DNA of 64,000 nucleotides from Octopus vulgaris (taxonomy: Eukaryota). Shown piece by piece: positions 1-13,405 of this stretch. Where the stretch lies: contig OX597833.1 in assembly GCA_951406725.2 (NCBI GenBank), positions 25,606,001-25,670,000 on the forward strand, given 5' to 3'. The translations under genes and the position numbers were made by a program. Numbering within the stretch: the stretch's first letter is position 1; every line of letters starts with the position of its first letter. The notes beneath the pieces were generated by a model, which was not told the DNA's origin, did not search any database, and was given only the letters and a program-made list of their open reading frames with translations.

Positions 1-63
<63 letters not shown>

Positions 64-1235
64 CTTTCTATTATTTTTGATAAAAGTAATGATGCAGTAC
101 ATTACAAACACGAATTAACATATAATGATTTTTGAAAAATGCGTATACATGAAATATGAAACAAAATAAAGAGGGTAACATTGTAATGCCCATAATCGAA
201 AGCCAATAAATCCCAAATTACACTATCACAACTATGGTGTTTGACCTTCAGCTGTAGAATTAGAGTAGATTCACAGCAACGCCAAGCTTGTAACTCATCC
301 ACATTTCCGCAAATTTACTAAAACCTAACACTTTATTTCTGAAACTAACTTTTCAATTGAAACGTTAAGCCGTTGATGAAAATTTGGTGAGGAATATTGA
401 TTTATAACATTAAGATTACAAGTATTCCTAGGATAAAGGTTAGTTTCTTTAATTATCACCAATACTTGATTGGTATTTGTCATAGGATCTCGGGGAAAAC
501 AAAGGCAGCCTTAAAGTGGATGGGAACATCAAAAGTTGTCATATAATGCAACAAAGCATTTTGTCGATCGTTCTGATAATTCTATCATCTCAACCCCCAA
601 TAATAATAATTTCTTGTAAATTATGGGTAAAGGGACTCATCAATCATATTGAACACATTATCTGACAGATAATTGTTTTTTATATTATTTTATTGAGCTC
701 ACTGTGCTGTAACTTAAGGAGACAGGAGGAGATTTCAAATTTAATCAGCGAATCTGTCAGATCATCATCCTTGTAATTGATGGATTTGTCAAAGATGAAC
801 GACTATTAGCAGTTGATTAATCCAGAAAAAATGTAAAGTCTATTCAAGATTTCCCTGACAAAATGTAAAGTCTATTCAAGATTTCAGGTGTACTTTTTTT
901 TCAAATTCACTATACCGGAGAAAAGACAGAAGCAATGAATGTATCATGGTATTACAGACCTGTATCTCTTACTTTTTGCTGTTGTTTGTTCATTCTGTGA
1001 TTTCAGTTACGATCAATGAAGATATTGATGGGTGAATGCTCTCTGTGAGATATCTATCGTCGAAACAATTAAACATTCAAATAGTAACGCTGTACTATTG
1101 GCGATTCCCTCTTACTACATTTATAAAAATACATACAGTCTATGCTTCACTGGCGATGTCATGACATTGTCGGAACATGTCTAGAGTTGTCTTCAGTACT
1201 TGCAGAAATAATTCAAAGAATATTACTCATTAACT

Positions 1236-1442
1236 AAGGCAGTCAGAAAGCAGAATCTTTAGTCCATCGGGTAAAATGCTTAGAGGCATTTCGTCCGCAT
1301 TTTGCGTTCAAATACGGCCTATATTGACTTTGCTTTTCATAATTTTGGGGTCGAGGAAATAAGTACCAGTTGAGTATTCGGATCGATCTAATCGATTTAC
1401 CCGGTCACCCGAAATTTCTGGCATTGGTCAGAATTTGAAACC
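1236..1442 (+). mobile_element. SINE family A with TSD
   Basis: AAGGC..GCAGAATC..AAATGCTTAG..GTTCAAAT..GGGGTCGA..AAGTACCAGTTGAG..TTTGAAAC. Flanked by AATATTACTCATTAACTAA and AATATTACTCACTAGCTAA. Confidence 0.75.
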
Positions 1443-2042
1443 AATATTACTCACTAGCTAATATTGCTTATTTTATCAGAGCAGTAAATTTTAACGGATG
1501 GAAATAGCTGGTTCTCTTGAGTTTGTTCAGCATTCAATAACTTCACTCCACAGAAACTTAACATCTTACCATTAACCGTTACGACGACTCTCACAGAATT
1601 CCTATCTCCGTCTCAGATATTGTTCTTCTTCTGTTTTTTAATCTTCGTCTCTTCGTCTTCGAGAATCGAAGTTTTTTAATGTTGCACCTGAGATGATTGC
1701 ATATATAAAATTCGATATAAAATTCGGTTATCTAAAGTGTGCTCATCACTGTTTTACCACCGATTGCATTGTTCATATTTATATCAATCTTAGCCGTTAA
1801 CTCTTCTGTAGAACACGCTTGTTACCTTAGGAAAGAGGTGGATCTACTGGTAATGGTGATTATCGATCGGAGGGAATTTCTAAACAGTGTTGGTTATGTT
1901 TTGGTAGTTAAACGTCAACGCTCTTATCGACGAGATATTACTTCTCTTTCCTATAAATACTTGTTGTTCTACCAAGTGTTCTTATATAATTATTCTTAAT
2001 ACTTCTCACTTTCATTATTACTGGTCCGCCTGTAAGAAGATT

Positions 2043-2104
<62 letters not shown>

Positions 2105-2826
2105 AGTTTCTTTCCTCGAATATCTATCTTATGGAAATTCCATCCTACTTATTACCTTGTTACTACAATATTTATTTCGCTTTAAATTTTGTCTAGATTC
2201 TTGTAATGACTATTAAATCAGCTTCTCATTTATTTTTCTTCCCATTCTTTTGTAACTTCCAACAAGATAAATGTTTTATTACTGTTTTATTACTGCCTGC
2301 TGTGGAGCGACTTCTAATAAAGAAAAAAATATTATTTTAATGTCTCGTATGCTACACCCCTCACACTCATACACGTACATAAACATATGCACACAAACAC
2401 ACACACACGCACACACACACACACATACATACGTATGTATGTGCGTGTGTATATTTATTATGCACACATCTGATAGGCGACTTTCTTTAACAAAGCACGT
2501 ACTCAATTTTTTGGTGGGACCTGAGACTCTGACACATGACAAATCCTCAAAATATCGACCAATGGGATCGAACAAGAGTCCACAAATTTGCTGAGCGAAT
2601 TCCTGCGACTTCAAACTTCCGCTTTCACCGCCACTGTACGTTTATTTCATTTACAAATGAAACCACATACCTGCTGGACTTCTCATCAAAAGTGTCTAGT
2701 CATACCACAGGAAAAAGAGACAACAACTTTGTGTAGATTTAAAGTTGCGACTAACGTTGAAGAATCTAGGTTATGTGTTTTTCGTACTTAATACGTGAGA
2801 CAGCCAACTTTTATTTTGATTTTTTC

Positions 2827-2886
<60 letters not shown>

Positions 2887-3485
2887 GAATTTCTATTTGA
2901 TTTTCGTCAGTTTTCATCTGTGGCATTTAAAGAGTGACCAATTGTACTTTGATTTGCTGCCAGACTTCTTGAACTTAAATCACTGCGTGGCTTAAACATT
3001 TTTTTTTAATAATTATTTCTTTCTTTCTTTCTTTTTTCTTTCTTTCTTTCTTTCTCCCATTTGTCTCTCTCCTCCACTCCCTCTATCTCTCACCTACTCT
3101 TACTTCTATCTGTCAGTCAACAATGTCTCACCTTCTCTGATTTTTTTCCCACATATACTTGAAAATGTGTGCGCGTGTGTATGTGTGTGTATGCCAGCAG
3201 GTACGCGTGTGTATGCCAGCACGTACGCATACAACACACTCGCTCGCGCGTGGGCATTAAATATTTTAAACTCAATACAGATTGACATTTTCACAAGGTC
3301 TGCGAATTCATGTTTTTATTTCTCTTCACATTTTTCTTTCTCTTTCTTTCTTCTGTTACCTCTGTTAATTTCTATCGCTTTATCAAACACGATTACTACT
3401 TTTAAATCTATCGTATCATTCCAGAATTCTTCCTCACTCGTTTTCTCTTCGCTTATATTTTCTGATTTGCTCCATATCTCCTGCA

Positions 3486-3516
<31 letters not shown>

Positions 3517-3753
3517 AGTCTATCTGTCTTTCTCTCTCGTTCAGTCAGAATTCATCTCAGTACGTTATAATAGGGAATAACTAAAGAGCTGACAAACAGT
3601 TCCAGTTCTGTGATACGGGTAGCTAACGCTATTTTGACTATTCCTGTAACAACAACGTCACATTGTCTATAGTCGTCGTCGTCGTCGTCGTCATGTTCGT
3701 TGTCGGCGGCGGCGGTGGCGACTTCATCTCGTATCAGACAATTTAGTTTCTTT

Positions 3754-3982
3754 TTAGCTGTACGCTTCCTTTATGGTGATAACTTTGATGTCTCTATTGA
3801 CCAATTCCTGCACAGAAGAGTCGATGCCATTCACTGCATGGTAATGTTGGTGAAGGACGAGGCTGATATTGTCGACCCTTTCCCTCCTGTCATTTGATTC
3901 CTGCCTTTTCTCTTCTGGCAACTTCGAAGTTTTTGGTTCCGATGGTGATGGAACACCGCCACCTGGTACGATTTTAGTAACG
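3754..3982 (-). CDS. Candidate terminal coding exon of a small minus-strand gene (VTKIVPGGGVPSPSEPKTSKLPEEKRQE...LVLHQHYHAVNG...IKEAYS*)
   Basis: Minus-strand acceptor cttgtttttgtttttgatttttgtgtAG (3984-3983), phase 2, stop TAA at 3756-3754. Charged, protein-like, non-repetitive composition (ORF 3754..3990). Confidence 0.55.
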
Positions 3983-4866
3983 CTACACAAAAATCAAAAA
4001 CAAAAACAAGAATGAATATAACAACATATACTGCAAAGCCTCAGCAAATTTTCTAGAACATCTTGTTATTACATGAATAGCCTATCAGTACCAATCAAGC
4101 AACCCCTTATCCACAGCATTGACAGTGTTCCGTCAAATTTATTGCAGTAATTACGATAGAGGGGCATGTGAATATTTATAAAGGACAAAGAATCATGAGG
4201 TTGGTGGTTCTTGACCGCCCGCAAATCACGGGTGACATAAACTATGGGGTAGAGACAGTTACTTTATTACATCTTTTACGTTTACCTACTACTGTAGCTT
4301 CTATTATCTGTGACTATGATATACAAAGCAAATAAAGGAGAAATTATGAAAATACAAATTTATGTATCATTTCTAACTTATGTTTCAATATTGTGGTTGT
4401 TTGGAACCTTACATCGGATGTTCCCAGTTCAATTGGATGCGTATCTACAAAAGATCATCATGGGAGCGCGCGCACATACACACACACACGCAGATATATA
4501 CATACCATGTAAAACTCTTTAATTCCTATTAGAAAATGAAACACGTGTAATGGTGAAGAAATAATAACAGTAAATTTCCAAATTCCTGTTTTGTTATACA
4601 ATAATTCCTGTTTTGTTATTTTCACATATTTTCACAATTTTCAATTTTAATATGCAATTTGAATCAATAAAACAATGACAGCAGCTACATATTGGATTGT
4701 AATAACGGAATAAGCAGATGTTTTTCAAGAGAGAACAGGTGGGATTTTCCCCACCTACCTACATAATATATTTCTCTCCCTTTCTCTCTCCTTCTCTCTT
4801 TCTCTCTTTCTATCTTTCTCTCTCTCTCTCTGTCTGTCTGTCTCTCTGTCTCTCTCTTTCTCTCTC

Positions 4867-4902
<36 letters not shown>

Positions 4903-5115
4903 TTATATGTATATATGAGAATCGTTGACGATTTTTCCCTCCGTCTTCCTTTTCTATGGAACTTTCCTCTGTTAACTGTTTCTAAAGAAGAGCTTTGCTC
5001 GAGACTTTACACCATCTTTCTTTCCTTCTCTGAGAGTCTGCTAATACTTTACACGCACCATGTCTTCGTGTTGTTGTTTTTGTGTGTTTATTCTTCGTTT
5101 TTTGGTATTTACTAT

Positions 5116-5192
<77 letters not shown>

Positions 5193-5320
5193 ACACACTC
5201 ATCCATCTATATATACATGGATATATACCTTGTCCAACACACACACACACACACACACACGCTTATAACTTTGATAAGTTTCAGCCAGTATAAGCCCAGG
5301 CTATGTCTAACTTAAAAGCA

Positions 5321-5372
<52 letters not shown>

Positions 5373-6202
5373 TATGTGTGGGGGTGTTTATGTGTGTGTG
5401 TGTGTGGGTGTATGTTTATGTGTATGTGTGTGTGTTTGTTTGTGTGTGTGTGCATGTGTGTGTGTGTAGCATATGCACATATTCATATAAACAGATGCGA
5501 CCCCGAAAGGCTGACAGAGAAAGTTGACCCCGGCGGAATTTGAATTCAGATCGTAGAAACAGACAAAGTGCCGCTAAGCATTTACCCGGCGTGCAAACAA
5601 TTTTGTCAGCTCACCGCCCCAATGAACGTTATACTATTATACTATTAAGACCTCTTCCTACACAAACAACTTGAGATAAGATGACTAGTGGGAGGATACG
5701 CCTCGGCGACATTTCGGCGGGCTAATATTTACATAGACACTTTAGCCGTTGCTGATCTAAATTTTCTTCAATGTATCCTAGTGTTGACTTCCCCAAAGAG
5801 CTTGGCTTCTGTAATATAGTGCGCTCTGTTTTGCTTACATATTCATCTCTCTTACCACTCATATTCTCTTTACAATAAGTTATTTGTTTCTTCGTTGACA
5901 TAACACAGTCTCTTAAAGAATTGAATTGAAAGAAATATATAGAGGGAGCTTTCAATAAGAAAAACCGTTTTTTTCACAAACGAGCGTAAGAATGTATATA
6001 AATACACTCACACTGCAACAGCATCAGCAACAACAACAACAAATAAGACGAGCTTCTCTCAGTTTCTGTTTACCAGATCCACTCACAAAATGTTGGTCGA
6101 ACCCGCAATGGAACTGAACCCAGCACGAAGTAATCATAAAAGCAAACTACTTGCCGCACACTTTTCGAAGCACTCTCTAAAGAATTAGAGCTGTAATGTA
6201 TA

Positions 6203-6834
6203 TTTCAGGAAGTTAAAAGTTATGGCCGGTTATAAAGTGACCATTGGTTTCTCACCTGTAAAGCGCCTACAGCATAGGCCACTGACTGAATACATATATC
6301 CTGATGTCTAAAAAGGACCCCAGGTCGAGCAAGTCCTTGTTTTAAGATTCTTGGCTTCTCGGCAAAGCAAAGTTTAACTCATTTGCTTCCGTTTATATAA
6401 GGTCCTGGTTGTTCAAATAGCATCCATTTAATTATGCATGGGATTCCTTCCACTTTTAAGCGCTATACGTGGCTGGCCAAGACATGTTGTTGCACGACCC
6501 GGGAACCTTCATAATTTCCATGAAAGATTTATTCAATCAATGCCTCCCTCTACTTCAGACTTGGAATTCACCATTCGGTGAATAATCTTTCCAGAGCTTC
6601 GAATATGACCCTGGCCGCAGCCGATGTATGGGGGTTAAAACCCGTCCTCCAGCATGGACAGTTATATTTTGTTTACAAGACCAACTGACCATTACGTATT
6701 TCTTCCTCCAATTCTCGAGAGGGTATGCGCCTTCAGCCATTAGAATCTGTCAAGTCGCCTATATTACTAAGCGTTTTATAGGTGCGACACCAATGGTCAC
6801 TCTATGACCGCCCATAACTTTTAACTTCCTAAGA
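6203..6834. mobile_element. MITE / non-autonomous DNA transposon with ~80-bp imperfect TIRs
   Basis: Left AGGAAGTTAAAAGTTATGGCCGGTTATAAAGTGACCATTGG is complementary to right CCAATGGTCACTCTATGACCGCCCATAACTTTTAACTTCCT. TA-rich flanks and no transposase. Confidence 0.8.
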
Positions 6835-6949
6835 TATATATACATAGTTAATCCAAACATGAAAACACAAAGAGAAAACACAAAAACGCGAGGACGTGGA
6901 ACAAGTATAGTGTTATTGGACGCTCATATATGCATATATATATATACAT

Positions 6950-7043
<94 letters not shown>

Positions 7044-7047
7044 ATAT

Positions 7048-7091
<44 letters not shown>

Positions 7092-7664
7092 TGAGAGAAA
7101 GAAAAGAGAGATGTATGTACTTACACGGTTATGAGTGCGAACAGACGATATCAGAACACCACAAATTGCGTAGGTTCTGTTTGTATATCTACAGTTGTTG
7201 AATTACTCGGAATTCAATACGAAATTCAAACAGGGATTTGATCTCCCTAAAACGATAACATGCGCATTTTGGATGTCCATGGTTAGACAATCCGCATAAT
7301 GATAGATTAAGTTCACGATTGTTCAACTACACACGCGTAAACTGACTTAACGGGCATTGGGATGTGATCAACATAATAACAATGTGATTTTGGGAATCCT
7401 TACAGCAAACGCGCGCAAGCACACACACAAAGACACACACACGTACACACACATATGCATACACACACATAGGTTTTATTTTCTATGTTTATACACGTAT
7501 ACTCACTTATGTGTGCGTGTGTGTGTGTATGTGTGAATACATGCGCACCGCATAGACACATATTTGCATGTGTATGTATAAACACAATATATATGCAATG
7601 ATATATCCGCATGTAGAAATATAAGGATATATATCATTCCCATGAGAAGTATATGAACAGTAAT

Positions 7665-7690
7665 ATACATACACACATACATACATACAT

Positions 7691-7721
<31 letters not shown>

Positions 7722-7927
7722 TACATACATACATACATACATACATACATACATACACACATACATACATACATACATACATACACACACACACATACAT
7801 ACATCCATACATACATACATACATACATACATACATACATACACACACATGCATACACACACACATACATACATACATACATACATACATACATACACAC
7901 ACATACATACATACATACATACATACA

Positions 7928-7963
<36 letters not shown>

Positions 7964-8134
7964 CATACACACACATACATACATATACATACATACACAC
8001 ACATACATACATACATACATACATACATACATACATACATACATACATACATACATACATACATACATACATACATACATACATACATACATACATACAT
8101 ACATACATACATACATACATACATACATACATAC
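7665..8134. repeat. (ATAC)n/(AC)n microsatellite, ~470 bp
   Basis: Read directly; source of the MYVC/YIHT pseudo-ORFs. Confidence 0.97.
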
Positions 8135-8341
8135 AATGCTTTCTATTTATCAACGCAATAGAATCAATAAGCAAGGGAGACAAGGAGAAAGAGTAAGAAA
8201 GCAAGAGCGAATACGAGAGAGAGAGAGAGACTGTGTGTTGTGAAGAAAGAGAAAGGAAGAAAGCCTAACAGAGAGACAGTAATTTAATGAAAGGAAATGT
8301 TAAAGTAGAGCGGTATTGTTGTTCGAAACGGAAGTGTTTAC

Positions 8342-8421
8342 CAAAATTTTTCGATAATATTGTGAATACAAGCAACAGTCGATATGGTTTCTTTTTCACG
8401 TGAAGGCAGATTGACATCCAT
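8342..8421 (-). CDS. Candidate first coding exon of the minus-strand gene ([26 protein letters not shown])
   Basis: actATGG start (A at -3, G at +4) at 8421 and donor TTG|GTAAAC (GT 8341-8340). Phase 2 joins the 3982 exon as TG+C=Cys, giving 102 aa. Confidence 0.35.
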
Positions 8422-8471
8422 AGTATAGGCATGAAAAAGCCCAAAAAAAACCCCCAAAAGAACAAAGAAAC

Positions 8472-8525
<54 letters not shown>

Positions 8526-8584
8526 AATAGAGGAGCATGTGAAAAGAAAAAATTCAACATATACATAGAATTATCTATTGAACG

Positions 8585-8634
<50 letters not shown>

Positions 8635-8676
8635 TCTCACACCATATGACTGTATATGCATACATGCATAACATAC

Positions 8677-8723
<47 letters not shown>

Positions 8724-8731
8724 CATATACT

Positions 8732-8767
<36 letters not shown>

Positions 8768-10559
8768 AATATGTATGTACATCAATTGACACACACACAG
8801 AGGCATATATATATATATTCTTACATGTATGCATGATATAAGCGTGTGTGCATGCATACATATATATATATATGCCTGTGAATCTGTATATGTTTATACA
8901 GGACATGTATAATATAAGCACTTATATTAAAGTATCAATTTACAGTATATCGATATGAATCAATGCTATTCATGTTGGAAATCGAAGCATATATGTAATA
9001 ACAACGAAGGAATACAAAGACTCTAATAACGAAATGAATTTTAAAGAAAGAATGAGAGGGAAGGACGATTAAAGGAAGGAAGAAATGGATGAAGTGAGAA
9101 AGAAAGAAAGAATGAAAGAAAATAAAGAAAGAAAGAAAGAAGGAGAGAAAGAAAATTACAGAGAAAAGATGACAGAAGGCAAAAGGAAAAACGAACCATG
9201 AAAGAAAGGATGAATGGAAAGAAGGGGGCCTATTGAATGTAGGGAAGAAAAATGAAGCCTTATTTTATAAATCCGAGATGTAATTTATGAATAATTATTT
9301 CTTCTTAGGTTATCAAATATTTATTAATTAAGCGATTTAACCTATTAATTTTTAAACCTTTTATATACCTTTTTTATTTAAAGAAGTAAAACATAATTTG
9401 TATAGTAATAAAATTTGCTGTAATTACCGAAGCTCTCGGGTTATCAAAAGATAAAATTAATATCATCAATAACAATAATCGTAATGTTGATGATGATGAC
9501 GACGTCGACGACGACCTTGATGATAATGATGATGATGATGCCAGCGGCGGCGATGGTGGTGGTGGTAGTGGTGATGATGATAGTGGTAATCATGTTGGTG
9601 GTGATATATTAAAGATAATAATTATAATATTATTAATGATAATGATGAACATAATAAGGTTGAGGATGAAGATGATAAACCGTTATATTAATATTGAGCT
9701 GAATTTTGTGATTGAATAAACAAAATGGCTCGTAGCTCGTACGTGTAATGTAATGTTATATCGTCTTATTTATTTTTTTCGTCGTTCACATGCAATTTCC
9801 CAATAGCATTTTCCATAATCGAAACCGATTTTCTCTTCAGCTTGAGGGACAACAACAATTGCAAAGGAATCATCTCAATCTATAAGAACATATTCTCCAC
9901 CTCCTTGTCCATCTACCTTACTGCTACACTTCTTTCTCCACCTGTACAGTATCTAATAGCAAAACTACCAGTTGGCTATATAAATGTGATCATAACTGTA
10001 CTACTTAGTACAGAGGAGTGAGCACTTCAATGAGGAGTCCGGCAGCTATTTGGTTTCATTTCTTGTATATTAGATGTAGGTTGGGTGAATGGGGCGGACG
10101 TGGAAGTCTGATATTGCAGCATGCGTTCGTTTTACGATAAAGTTCTTGCTTTTCTAAGACTGCATTCCTTCGTATAATCGCTGCATATTGATCGATTATT
10201 AGGAATATATGAAGAGCAGGATCGGATTTAAACCTCTCCTCCAGGGCTTCGATACATTATTTTATATATTGAGTAGTTAATTTGAATTCTAGATTCCAAT
10301 ATTCGTATATGCATATCGATATACATATGCACATACATACGTATCCATGCTCACACACATATATATATATATATATGTATGTAAATGTGTGTTAATATCT
10401 ATATCTATATCTATCTATCTGTGTGTGTGTGTATGTGTGTGTTTGTGTATCATATGTGTATGTGTGTCGAAACGTATCTGCCTGTCTGGGTAGGGAAGCT
10501 GTAAATATAAGAGCAATTATCTATAAATATTCACCTTCTGGTGGATTTGGAATGAAATA

Positions 10560-11610
10560 GTGTTCACTTATGCAAGGAAGATCAAAACTATAACTGAAAG
10601 TAACTTACCATATCTCTCCCAAAGAACTATATCAGTTCCATTGCGTTTGCATTTGGCGGAAGATTTCATGCGCATATTCCACCAAATTTCTTCGTATGTA
10701 TGTACCCAGCAGTAAAAGTATTCGATGCATTTACTCAATATCGATGGCACTGTATGTTGTTTTACCAACAACATATTACGGTATCGGCTTGTGTAAACTG
10801 CTGATCACGTGTACAGTAACAAATGAATGAACAATCGACATTTTCTAACCCATCTTCAAGACCCTTTTGTTCATTGGACTTATTTTAGCTTTCTGGAGCA
10901 TAGTCTTCGTAAAAAGAGAATTATACAGAGAAAGGGGCAGAGCAGGAGAGAGAGATTCATCGGTCTTCTAAAACAAATTACAGTTTTGCAAGGTGAAACG
11001 TGACTGTTTTCGAGCACCATGACGTATTAAGAATCCCTTCCCTGAACTTCATTCCAGCTAAACGCATTCTTATAAATCTTAAGTATAAACTTAAGTTTGC
11101 TACCCGAGTATGCCTTGTTAGTCATCTGTTTTCCATTGATATTTATCCTTTGTCCTATTTAGATGAGACATTCTCTACTACTGTGTAGCTGACCTTTACA
11201 ATAGTACATGTACACTTTTCATTTGCAGTACAATAATATCAGACCTGTTGTATTTGCATCATGTTGTTGGTTTTATTGGAATATTCAACAGGTATTCTTC
11301 ATTTATAAGTATGGGGATACATTTGGGCCCCGGTGTGCTTTTGGCGTAGCCATTGAAACAAACCTTAAAGCGAATTGCATTGTAAATAACTTTTATAACA
11401 ATGTTTTACCTCTTGATAATATTGTAGCAAGTGGTTTTCAGAGAACTGAAGGTGTTTGTAATATATACCACAGTGGAACAAAAGACATTTTGTATCCCAA
11501 ATTCGTTACTTAGAGGTATTCTTATCTCTATTATCGATTAAGCATGTAATAGATATCTCCTGTTCCTTAAAAGCAAAGGTGCAGCATTCGGGATGAGATG
11601 TGATACATCA
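10560..11610 (-). mobile_element. Two tandem decayed fragments of an RLE-type (R2-superfamily) non-LTR retrotransposon C-terminus
   Basis: EEIWWNMRMKSSAKCKRNGTDIVLWERYGKLLSVI (10568-10774) and EEYLLNIPIKPTT*CKYNRSDIIV (~11230-11305) both resemble EYWWNxxIKTxxKxxHNRPDIV. Upstream AFKEQEIS resembles AIQEQEI. Many stops. Confidence 0.6.
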
Positions 11611-11898
11611 AAATATCTAAAAGTGTCTATTTGGTACTTGTATATGTATGCGTTTGTGTATATGGATATGTAATGCGTACGTATGTATGAATGTACATGG
11701 TTAGCAAAGTTAACTAAGCCTATTATCATGAGTATCGCAAGGGTGTTAGACGAATATTCAAAAATGAGATTAGAGATGTTAAACTACAATTCAACGAAAA
11801 TTACTTTGCAGCTGTAACAACATTTCCCTATCTTAATCCAGGGAACACCGGGTATTACAGCCTGTTACTTGTGTGTGTGTTTCTATGTATATGTATAT

Positions 11899-11952
<54 letters not shown>

Positions 11953-11979
11953 GTATATCTATCTATATGTCTGTCTGTA

Positions 11980-12013
<34 letters not shown>

Positions 12014-13092
12014 AATATATATGTACATATATATATATATTTATATGTGTGTATATATATATATATACATATTTATATGTATATATATATGTATGTATAT
12101 ATGCATATGCATAAAACATATTTACTACAGATATATCACGTAAAGGCAATTGACTGCGGTATCCGTGCGGAGACAATATCGCTTATAGACGTTCGGTGCT
12201 TAAAAACACAAAAGTATATAAGTTTCTTACTAGCAGACGAAAAATGTCTAGAAATTCCACTGGGAGTTTAGCAGTGGGGATGCGCCCCTGAAAATCCTCA
12301 CAAAAAGGCTGAAATGCGTGTATAGATTCCTCCTGTCCGCTGGCCGAGTCTCGTCTGTTAATAATATATTTCACATCTTTAAACGTAGTACGTCCATACC
12401 AAATAATATCTACGAAGGAATACCGCGATTACTTTGGTTTTCCATAGCATATCCTCCGTAAGTATGGTACATAGATGGCTATTTCAATCCAGTATCGCTT
12501 CTGTTGAATACAAGGTATATAACTATATACGCACACATATATGCACACACAAATATGCGTCTTCATCAGACGGTTTAAATATTATTAATAGAAAATAAAA
12601 TTATCCTAACATAAACGAATTTGAATGAAAAGTGTGTGCAACTGTACGAATGAATATAAATCAAAATTCTCGAACAAAAATAAAGCAAGTACGTAGAAAT
12701 CTTTTTTTAAAATGATTCCTTCGTAATACGATCTCTTTTCAAATTTTCCATTAAAGAAAACTTTTGTGCAGCCATTTTGCAAAGAACGCTCTCTTGCAGA
12801 AATAAATAGACTTGGTGCATGGATTTGTAAATTTCATTGACAGTCTAGACTAGATATGACATCGATACATTGAATTGAATGCATAATAACAACTAAATGA
12901 AGCATACATTATCCTTTTATTTAATTTATAAATACGCGTATATATCTCTGTGTGAGTGTGTGTGCACGTGTATAAAGTCTACATGGGTATATATATCTTT
13001 TTTTCTATACCAATTTATGTACCTCAATGAATGTGTATAAGTATACATATATATATATATATTTATATGTATGTATCTATGGTCTTATACAC

Positions 13093-13170
<78 letters not shown>

Positions 13171-13316
13171 TCAGAGCCATTTAAAATCTCAGCGTTTGAT
13201 CAGCCTGGGAGATAAAATAAGCAATCAAACATTTTGTTGTTGTCCATAACCTCAGTGACTTATTACGTTTAAAGTATCAATGATGCCCTCACCGCCACGT
13301 CGTCGTCGTCGTCGTT

Positions 13317-13405
<89 letters not shown>

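Noticed and set aside
2470-2800. Unique-sequence island with short overlapping ORFs on both strands
   Set aside because: No consistent splice signals or motifs; could be 3' UTR of the minus-strand candidate gene.
3758-3840. Plus-strand exon-like segment (tttctttttAG ... ATG|GTAATG)
   Set aside because: It lies antisense to the better minus-strand exon and no plus-strand partner exons were found; not fully excluded.
5741-5911. Possible extra minus-strand exon (DCVMSTKKQITYCKE...LDQQRL)
   Set aside because: The phase-2 donor (AAA|GTGTCT) is weak, and joining it to the 8342 exon creates TGA.
7503-8243. Long ORFs up to 233 aa (MYVC/YIHT repeats) and all similar YI/CV/HT/poly-I/poly-N ORFs in the track
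   Set aside because: They are translations of stop-free microsatellites, not genes.
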